Below are positions 39,551-50,800 of a stretch of 64,000 bases of DNA, piece after piece (within the stretch, counting starts at the first letter, position 1; the number at the start of each line of letters is the position of its first letter). Source of the stretch: Octopus vulgaris (Eukaryota). The notes below the pieces were generated by a model, which was not told where the DNA came from, searched no databases, and saw nothing but the letters and a program-made list of their open reading frames with translations. The stretch covers positions 206,584,001 to 206,648,000 of the forward strand of contig OX597814.1 of assembly GCA_951406725.2 (NCBI GenBank), read 5' to 3'. A program made the translations under genes and the position numbers.

Positions 39551-41784
39551 TTTTTTTTTTCTTCTTTCAAATTTTCTTTCATTTCTTGCCGAGTGTCTTC
39601 CCGACTCCTAGGGCAAAGAAACTCATAGTGTATATTGGTAGGCCATTAAACCAAACTCAGTAGTTCGTTCATTTTTTTTTTTTTTTTTTTTTAAGTTAAA
39701 TTAAAATGCATGAGCAGCAACAGTTCTCACATCGACAATGCTCTTCTCAATACGTGTGATGTACCAGTTAAGACAATCTTTTGCACTTCTTGCAGGGATG
39801 GTAAGCCAGGGATCATTCTCATATAATTTTCGGTTCCCTTCTTGATCATTCCTAGTGCTCCTATGATCACTGGTATTGTAACCGCCTTGAGATGCCACAT
39901 TTTCTCAATTTCAATGAGTAGGTCTTTATATTTTCTGAGCTTGTCAAACTCTTTTGCTGAGATATTATGATCACAGGGGATGCTCATGTCGATCAATAAG
40001 CAAACTTTATTGTTTTGGTCTTTCACAACAATATCTGGTTTATTGGCCTTGATGGTTCGGTCTGTATGTACTGGAAAGTCCCACAGAATGGTTACATTTT
40101 CTCCTTCAGTTACAGCCTCAGGGTGGTGATTATACCACTTGTCGGCAGTTTTGATGTTGTAATGCCGACTTATTAGCCAGTGGAGATATTGGCCAACTCT
40201 GTCATGTCTTATAATATTATTATTATTATTATTATTATTATTATCATCATGATTATTATTATTTAACTGAACGAACAACAAAGAAAAGAAATCTGTTCAA
40301 CAAGAGAGGGAGAGAAACAAACTTAGTTCTTATTAAATACCATTGTATATTAATAGGGGTAAAGACCCTCCCCCTCGGTCATCAATGGCCATGGTATTGC
40401 ACCTAGAAAGTTCCCCTCTGTCTATTAAAGAATCTTCTTCTAAATGATGGAATTGTATTGTTTCTTGGTATTGCAGCTGATAAATTACTGCAATAATATC
40501 ACAGGTTAATTATATATATTTTGTGTAAGAACATTTGTTGGATTAAATGTGTTGTATACTTTATTTATTACAGGTATTTATGGTATACCCATAGAAGAAG
40601 GAACCAAATGTACAGTAACAGCTATAAAGGAATATCTTGATACTCACTCAAATTCTAAAATAAAACATATTTGTTTGATTGATGTACGGAAGGATGTAAT
40701 CAGAGCTTTTAAGCGTCATCTAGAAACGGTATTTGGAATCAGTGAAAGCAGAGGTAGGACTTGTTATTTGTTTGATATTTTAGTGAAAATTTAAATGATT
40801 TATTTCAGGTGTTAATTAAGATTTTTCCTCCTCCTCAGTCAACTTTTATCTGATTCCTATTATTGGTTTATGGGCACAGCCATGGATTTGTGGTTAAAAA
40901 GATTCATTTCTAACCATGTTGATTCCCAATGTAAGGCAACTCAAGAAAATATCTTCTAGTATGGCCCTGAGCCAACCAAAGCCTTGTCAACTGGTTTGGG
41001 AGATGGAAACTGATACAAGGGACCCTCATATATGTACTGTGAGTGTGTGGTGTGTGTGCATGCACACACACCCATATTTATGGCATATTCTAACTGCTAA
41101 AGACAAATTCACTGCATTTATTGTAGACATAAGATTCTCTCTTATTGAAAAAATTTAAAACCATCACCTCCAACATAGGTTTTACATATATATATATATA
41201 TATATATGTAAAAAGTAAAAAATATATACAAACTGGGACAAGAACGTGAAACACCTAGAAGACGATACAAGAACCACAGGAAGGGACATTCGAAGCCCTC
41301 AGTCATCAGTCAAGAACCGGATCATCTTTGCAATTTCGGCTGATTAATCTTGAAATTGCTCCGACCTGGGCAGCCCCCAAGGGAAATCTAAGCCAAGTGC
41401 ATTAGATCCCTTGGAAGAAAGCTTCGAATGTATACAACACAAGGACGGAAAACGAACGATGTACACGAATAAAAATACAGAATATATATATATATATGTG
41501 TGTGTGTATATATGAAAGAATGTTTGAAAATGCAAAGGTCTTTTAGAGATGTTTATTGACTTGACCAGTTTCACTTTTTAAAACAAAAGATTATCAAAAG
41601 TAAAATATAAAACTTTGTATAAGCTTTGTTGCGTTAAAAAATGGTTATCACAAAAAAAATAAAATACAGTTATACAATCTTTGATAATGATAAGAAAATG
41701 TTAAAAACAGTTTACAAAAAAGTATTTGAGAGAGCGAATATAATAAGTATTTTAGGTTTAATAAAAATTATGTTTGTATGGTAT

Positions 41785-41826
<42 letters not shown>

Positions 41827-44800
41827 GAAAGAGATATATTTAAGAATTTACAAAAACTTGAAGAGGAATAACTGAACTGTCTGTTTGAAATTTTCTGTCA
41901 TGTGTGTAGCTAAGGGATGTTTACTGTTTTAAGGGTTAGTATGGGAGGTTGGTTGTGGGGGGAAAGAGCAATATAGAATCAGATTTTTTTGTTTCTGGGC
42001 TAGTCTGTCATGGCTCAGTGGTTTTTGGGACTGGTCTTAGAGGTCAGAATGGTGTGATTGGGTATGCGTGCCACTGTGCATGTCTTCATGTGTGTGTGTA
42101 TGCAATATATGTGCTTGTGTTTGTGTGTGGGGGCTGTTTTTAATTGGTCCCACAGTTTAGGGTGGTGTGTATGTGTCTGTGTATGTGTGTGTTTTTAATT
42201 TAGCAGGATGGTGTGTGTATATGTGTGCACATTTGTGTGTGTATGTGTGTAATTTGAATTTGTCAGGGTGTTGTGTATGTGTTTGTTTGCATGTGTGTAC
42301 GAGTGCGTCTGTGTGTGCATGTGTATCTTTGTGTGTGTTTTGTGTTAGTGGGGATGTTATGTGTGTGTACGTGAGTATGTGTCTCTGTCTGAATATGTTT
42401 AAATTGCTTTAATTGTCCTGGTGGTGGTGTGTGTGTGTGTGAGAGAGAGCAACTGTATTTGTGTGTGAGGGTGCATATGTATGTATGGGTATGCTTGTGA
42501 AGACCTGTTGAGGCAAGTGAAATTAAAATCAAATTCGATGACTGGCATCCGTGCTAGTGGAGCGCTAAGAGCACCATCCGAGCGTGATTGTTGCCTGAAT
42601 GGGTAACTGGCTTCCATACCAGTGGCACGTAAAAAGCACCATTCGAGCATGATCGTTACCAGCGTTGCCTTACTGGCACATGAAAAAAATTTCGAGCAAA
42701 GTCGTTGGCAGTGCTGCTGGACTGGCTCCTGTGCAGGTGGCACATAAAAAACACCATTTGAGTGAGGTCATTGCCAGTACTACCTGACTGGCCCTCGTGC
42801 AGGTGGCACGTAAAAGCACCCATTACGCTCTCGGAGTGGTTGGCGTTAAGAAGGGCATCCAGCTGTAAAAACTCTGCCAGATCAAGATTGGAGCCTGGTG
42901 CAGCCGTCTGGTTCGCCAGTACTCAGTCAAATCATCCAACCCATGCTAGCATGGAAAGCAGACGTTAAACGACGATGATGATGTATGTATGTATGTATAT
43001 TTGTTTGTATGTATGTATTATGTATGTATGTATGTATGTATATTTGTTTGTATGTATGTATTATGTATGTATGTATATTTGTTTGTATGTATGTGTTATG
43101 TATGTATGTATGTATATTTGTTTGTATGTATGTATTATGTATGTATGTATGTATACACACACATTTTCCACTAATCATTCTTTAGAGAGAAATTTCTTGG
43201 AATAAGTGTTTTATTTTCTTACGTCCAATAATGTTGAACCAAGAGTTATAGAGTTGGCTGACTCTAAAGTATTTACGAGAGGCCATTTAGCTCTGGAAGC
43301 CTTCTTCAACTGAATAACCAAGTTTCTTTCCTTGAACAGGTTACCCTGTTAGAAATTACTTATCACATGACCATCAGCCTGAGTCATGTGATGTGGTAAG
43401 CAGGTAAATTGTGTGAAGCAGACAACACTGCCATATGAGTGATATATACATGAAAGAAAATTTACAAGAAAGGTTTTAAAATGCACCATACATACTGAGT
43501 GTAGATAGTATTTGAGGACACATGCATTTTTAGTCATTATTTTATTTGACTAATTTTTATTGAACTTCTATTTCAGAAAATAACAATGAAAGGCCTTATG
43601 CTTACTAATGAAATAAAAAGGCTTGTTGTGATTGTGGCTTTGAAGGCTAAGCATGGTGATTTAGAAATTTCTTGCTTTCTGAAAGTTGCAAGATCTTTTG
43701 ACCATAAGATTTAGTTAGAGGAAGAAGATGGATGCATATTATCTGTATTAAAACATTCCAAATGTTCTGATTCTATCAGGACATCTGAAATTATTCTGGA
43801 AGTTAAGTAGAACACTGAAGACAATCCAAGAAAATCAATGAGGTTAATTGCAAAAAATATCATGTGTCAGAAAAACAATCAGAAATGTTGTGCAGGAAGA
43901 CATCAAATACAAATCTTACGTGATGAGGAGACGTCAATTCATGTTAGAAAAAACAAAAGAAAGCCATTTAATCAAATCCAAAAGACTTTTGAACAAACTT
44001 GAAAATCCGTTAGAAGATGGTGTGATTTGGTTTTTCTTGGATGAGAAAAACTTTGACCAGGACCAGAAAACTAACAGAAGAAATGACAGATGACTATGTG
44101 CAGGACCTTCTGAGGTTTCAAGAGTAGTGCACACAAAATTTCCTACCAGTGTCATGGTTTTGGGTGTTGTTAGCAATGAAGGACACAGGATGCAACCTCA
44201 CTTTTTTCCACAAGGCCTTAGGTTCTGGATAAAGTTATTAAGTTTTGGATCAACCGTGTATGCAATGGAAGGCCTTATGTCTTTCAACAAGATTCTGCAC
44301 CATCACACAAGACGACACAAGAATGGATCATCAATTATTTGCATAATCACATCACCCCTGACATTTGGCCTCCTAATTCAACAAATCTCAATCCACTGGA
44401 TTACTATGTATGGAGCATCATTGAGAAAAATGTCAATGAACACCCCCATAGCACCAAAGATTCTTTGAAAGCCACCATAGTTTGAGTCATGTCCAATATG
44501 AACTACAACCATTTAATCCGAACTTGTAAACAGTTCTGGGCCCTTGTAGAGGCAGTTTCTGATGCTTATGGTGACTTTATTGAATGAAATTATTAAATTG
44601 ATAATTTAGCTTTATGTTGATATTATTTTTATAAAAATCCAGTTTGATAGTGTTATATCAGCGGTTTTTTTTTAAACCATAAATTTGTCCTTAAATACCA
44701 TCTATACCTTGTATATATATTGATTAAAATTTTAAAGACTACATGTTTATTATGGACTTCTGGTCACACATGTGCAATGATATTCAGCAACTAGCCTGAA

Positions 44801-47800
44801 CATTACCTGCACCATGCCTATACATGTGTGTTGCAACGAATTCCTTTCCTTAAAATTGAAAGAAAAGCATATTTTTTAATGAAATTTTTTATGAATATGC
44901 TTCAGATGGTATAAATTCCAATTCTATTGGAATTTGGTGTAAAAAATAAAAAATGTTTCAAAACAAATATCTGACATGGATCAGTATTTATGTCTGCAAT
45001 TCTTATTTTCATATTAAATTCCATTATTATCATAATATACAGACTCTTAAAGGTATTTGTGGAAATTTTCATCATCATCATCGTTTAGCGTCCGCTTTCC
45101 ATGCTAGCATGGGTTGGACGGTTCAACTGGGGTCTGGGAAGCCAGAAGGCTGCAACAAGCCCAGTCTGATCTGGCAATGTTTCTACGGCTGGATGCTCTT
45201 CCTAACGCCAACAACTCCGTGAGTGTAGTGGGTGCTTTTTACGTGCCACAGGCACAGGTGCCAGATGGGGCTGGCAAACGGCCACGATCAGATAGTGCTT
45301 TTTATGTGCCACCGGCATGGGAGCCAGGCAAGGCTAGCAACGGCCATGATCGGATGGTGCTTTTTATGTGCCACTGGCACGAGGCCAGTCAGGGCAGCGC
45401 TGGCAACGGCCACATTCGGATGGTTCTCTTATGTACCACCGGCACTGGTATCACAGCTGCAATTTCCATTGATGTCGATCGATTTCGATTTTCACTTGCT
45501 TCAACAGGTCTTCACAAGTAGAGTTTTGTGTCCCAAGAAGGAAGGCATGCATAAGTGGACTGGCTACATCCCATGTAGAGGCCACGAGTTATGGTCTCAC
45601 TTGTTCTGCCAGGTCTTCTCCCGTACAGCATACTTCCAAAGGTCCCGGTCTCTAGTCATTTCCTCAGTGAGACCTAAAGTTCGAAGGTCGTGCTTCACCA
45701 CCTCGTCTCAGGTTTTCCTGGGTCTGCCTCTTCCACAGGTTCCCCCAACCACTAGGGTGTGGCACTTTTTCACACAACTATCTTCATCCATTCTCACCAC
45801 ATGACCATACCAGCGCAATCGTCTTTCTTGCACACCACAACTGATGCTTCTTGGGTCCAGCTTTTCTCTCAAGGTACTTACACTCTGTTGAGTATGAACA
45901 CTGACATTACACATCCATCGGAGTATACTGGCTTCATTTCTTGCGAGCTTACACATATCCTCAGCAGTCACGGCCCATGTTTCACTGCCATGTAGCATGG
46001 CTGTTCATACACACACGTCATACAGTCTGCCTTTTACTCTGAGCGAGAGGCCTTTTGTCACCAGCAGAGGTAAGAGCTCCCTGAACTTTGCCAAAGCTAT
46101 TCTTACTCTAGCAGTTACACTTTCAGCACACCTGCCCTCACTACTGATTTGGTCACCTAGGTAATGGAAGCTATCAACTATTTCTAGATTTTCTCCCTGG
46201 AATGTGGCAGAAGTTGGTCACAGAGCATTTTCAGTGTTTATTGCTCCTGAGCATCTTCCACATACAAAAACTATCTTCCCAGCTAGCCTTCCTTTGACAT
46301 TGCTGCACCTCTTATGTGTCCATAGCTTACACTTGGTGCATCTTATAGAGTTTCTACTTACACCTTTTCTACAGATCAAGCAGGGCCATCGACCTGAAGG
46401 GATTTGTGATGTGTCTACCTTCCTACTTTATAACCATTTTCCGAAAAGTTATGAGGAAACGAATTTGACTTGTGTGAATTTTCTGAAACTCCTCTCTCCA
46501 CTTCCTCAAAAACATTTTTTTCACACCAAATTCCCAACTTACTGGAATCTACACCATCTGAAGCCTGTTTTAATAAATGTTTTAAGCAAAAACGTTTCAT
46601 AAGAGGTGGAAGATCACATTTTACTAACCATTTTCACTGTTTTCAGACTTTGAAAGTTTCAAGTATATTCTTCAATGTATTTTTAGTCCATTTGGTGAAA
46701 GAAATAGATGGAAATAACGTTATATAGCCTTGTCGCTATATAAAAGGTGTGTGTGTGTGGGGGGGGGGGGGGTGATGACTACAAGTTAGCATGTCTTCTC
46801 TTGCTAAATCCTATTTTCAGAAAGGAATATCATTACTATTTATATGGAATAAAGTAGTTCTTTTAAGAGAGAGAGAAAAATATTTAATTGTTTATTTTCA
46901 GGAACCACATCATTCAACGCATCCCTTCTTGGTCTACAACAGAAAGCAGCCCCTATGACACCCAGAACTAATATGGCATCCAGAGAAAATGATGGCATCA
47001 AAATACAACTAATGATTGATTCAATTTCTAATGCATCTGTGAGTAAATAGATTCATGTAACTTATTTATATTTAATTGTTATTTCATTTGCAAATGAGGA
47101 ATCATTACAGTTAATTAAAATATTTTCTCAATCAAACTCAAACATTTTATTTCCTTCACACCTGATATCTTGAGTATATCTTTTGCTAACTTTAACAACC
47201 TCAAACTTACTACAGCCATTCTGTAGAGCCTTTCTTAACAACAATATCAACTGCAACAATGTATCTCTCTTCTCTCCATGGAATGTTCCTTAGCTGTTTA
47301 CCATTAATTACTTTTGTAGGTTGATGTCATCGTTAACAGCACCAATAAAAACCTCCAGCTTAACATTGGTTCTCTCTCCAAATATATTCTCTTTGCTGCT
47401 GGTTCAGAGATACAAGATGAATGTAGCCAGAAATATCCTCAAGGTATTTCTACATCTGAAATTGCCATCACTAAAGGATATAACCTCAAATGTAAGAATG
47501 TATTTCATCTGGCATTACCTCCCTGGGATGAAAATTCCTCTGATTCAGTAAGTATCAATCATATGATATTGATTTATTGAAACAGTTAATGTTTGAAGAG
47601 AACCTTATGCATGTTGTGTGAGAATCATAAAGCAAATGTCAGCATCCTGTTTAATATTTGTTCTTCCAAGTTATCATTGGAAGGAAGCAGAAGATATCGA
47701 TGAACAGGACACTTTTATATATAAATAGAAGGGAAAAAGCCTCATGGCCTAACAACAGTTATGTGACTGATAAATAAGACTATATTAAAACATATTTCTG

Positions 47801-50800
47801 TGTTTTACTGTCTGTATTGGTGAGTTTTTCTCTGTCATGGCACGAGCACTAGAGAGGTTGTCATGTCTTCCCCAACACTAAAGACTCCTCTTGGGTCTGC
47901 ATTGTCTCTCTTCATTCAACAACCATTTTACATGGTTGATTGGGTCTGTTTTATTGTAGCAGCAACATGAGTGAGGTTGCCTTGTCTCTTGCAGGACTAA
48001 AGAGTGATAGGAATGACAGTTGTGTTTAGAAGTGGTAGGAGTGAGAGGAGTTGTGAGAGGAGGATATATTTATTACAACTTAATGCTTTCTTCCTGTAAT
48101 AAGAAAATAATTTAATAAAATGTTCATTATCAATTACTAAACAATTATTTTTTTTAGACTCTGGCAAACTTGACTCAAATAATAACCATTTGTCTGGAAA
48201 ATGCTGAGAGAATGGGAGCAAAAAGCCTGGCATTTCCTATATTAGGGGCTGAAATGAAATACCCCATTGGAAAACTACCCAGAACAATGTCTGAAGCAGT
48301 GAAAAACTATTCAGATCAAAATTCAAGCCGGATCAAAGATGTTTACTTTGCGGTTTTACCTGAAGAAGACAGAGAAATAGCAAAGGTTGGTTGATGTTGA
48401 TATTTTTGGAATTTACCAAAAGCATATTCTGCAAGAAATGAAGAAAATAGAAACAAGAATCTGGAATCATTTTATAAATTTCCCCGCATGACATCCATAT
48501 GCCTTCTGTCCTGGCAAGCTTACTTGGTCTCATCACCACTGTAGCACATTTTGAGAGTCCAAACTCCATCTTGATATCATTCACAAAAATCTGCACAGAC
48601 TGGATTAAGCTGTCCAGTTCTGTCTCACTATTTGTTAACAATTTTGAGTCATTCCTGAATGCCTGCTGGTAAAGTTTTCGCTTACCTCTTCCCACATCAA
48701 ACCCCAACTTTGTCTTCTGCTGTATTTCACTTAAGGGGTTTTATTCACAGTGAAAAAAAAAATCAGTGGAGACACACTGTCCCCCTGGAAGAGTCCTCTG
48801 TTGATATCCACCTCTGCCAGTACTTTTCATACTCTTCCATATAAAGCTTTTCATGTGTTTTGCTACTCCGTATATTTCTTTAGTTCTTGCTGTCCAAGAT
48901 TATGTTATCAATCATTATTATTATTGTTGTTGTTGTAGTTGTTGTTGTGTGAGAGTAGAGTGCCCCCTGGCGAGAATGGACTGGGCCACTATATATAAAA
49001 AAGTAGTAGTGGTCTGAATAAGTGTGGAAGTTCGGGTTGGAGGGCAATTCATGCTAGTTCTACAGTTCATATGTTGATAGTCAAAGCTGGAGCTGAAAGT
49101 TTACAGATCGAGTTGGTTTGTTGGTTGTTAAAGGATTGTTGTTATGTTCTGCGTGGATACTGCCAGTTTTTCATTACACTGTTGCAGTGTATTTGTTTAT
49201 CCATGAGGATAAACATATCTGGCAACAAGGATTGTTTGAAACTTCACAGGAAATAGCTCCAAGAGAAGCAACAGCGACAACCACAAGAGCTGCAAAAACA
49301 AATACTACAACATCAACAACAATAATTGAGTTTTACAGTCAGTGAAGTCCGCAAGTCCAGTAAGATTGTTTATGCCAGATGGCACGGCTAACACAATTTA
49401 CGTATAATCCAGAGGAGAATATTATGTCTCCCGTGTATTATAGAAGATATGAGGAAATTTTTAACAATGAGTGCAAGTCACGGTCGGAGGAGGAGTAAGG
49501 CTTTCACTACACAAGGTAGCTCCTGCCAAACATGAGCAGTACTGTAACTTTATTCTGCCCAGAAAGTTGAGTGGGATTAATTTCCAAGAAAGCGTGGAAT
49601 TGTTTTCAAAATTTTGTTTGTAAAAGTTCATTGTTGAGCGCTTTAATGGAGTAGTCAACCATACGTGTGAAAATTTCAAACTTCAGCATCTCACTCAGGA
49701 TATGTTCAAATCACTTACCTTCATGTAAGGACTTATAGCACTTGAAGACATTCAGGCAAGGATTCTCTTGAAAATGGAGCAAGCAAACCAGGATTCATCT
49801 CTACAGAACATCACTGAAGAACGTCAGACTATAGTAAATGATGTGAAAATAATGGCGGATAAAGACTCTGCAAAACTTCAAATGTGCTGACCTGGAAAGC
49901 AGAATCCAAAAACGTATCAGGCCCCAAACTGTGTTATGGTTATGGAGGCCTACACTACGAAAAGGATTGTCCTTTTAAAAACAAAAAGTGCTATAGTTGT
50001 CATAAGCTGGGACACAGGAGTTCTCATTGCAGAACAAGACTGCAAAGCTCAAATACAAAAAGTTCTAAGATGTTTTCAGCAGAGATCGATTGTGATGGAG
50101 AAACAAGAAAATTCGTGCATGTAAAGATAAATGATGTGAATACCAAATTACAGTTAGACTCAGGTAGTGACATCTTCATTATAAATGCAGATACTTGGGA
50201 AAAATTAGTAAACCGAGATTACGAAAAGCAGCGAAAATAGCATGTGGTGTAACGGGCGACAAATTATATTTGATGGACAAAACATGTATCAACATCACAT
50301 TTCGAGGAGAGACACGTGAAGCAAAATTATTCATCTGTTTGGTACAGATTGGCTAGAACTGTTCAATTTATGGTACCTCCCTGTAAATCTTTACTGCAAT
50401 AAAATAAATGGTTGTCACGTTAAAAACAAGTCTACAGAAGAACTGAAGGAAAAATTGAAAAAAAAATGTTCCTGCAAGTGTTATCAGAGGATTTAGGTCT
50501 ATATAGAAAGATGGAAGCCTATTTTCAAATGAGTGAAAACGTACCTGTATTTAAAGCAAAAGGAAAAGTACCATTTGTGGCAATTGAAACTGCAAATGAA
50601 GAGTTGGACAGACTCGAAAAGAGTGGAGTCATCAAAAAGGTGGATTACTCGAAGTGGGCGGCATCCATGGTATGCATTTAAAAAAAACAACATAAGATTA
50701 GTTTGTGTGTCGATTTCTCTATGGGATTGATCGATTGCTTAAAAACATACCAGCATCCATTCCCGACTGCAGAGGACATTTTTTCAAAGTTAAATGGTAG

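Noticed and set aside
47321-47551. ORF-track protein MMSSLTAPIK...
   Set aside because: Wrong frame; the frame starting at 47320 gives the macrodomain exon.
48950-49050. Possible Gypsy 5' LTR (TATA-like tatataaaa), and a PPT-like gggggagaga at 52741
   Set aside because: No matching second LTR or clear PBS is visible.
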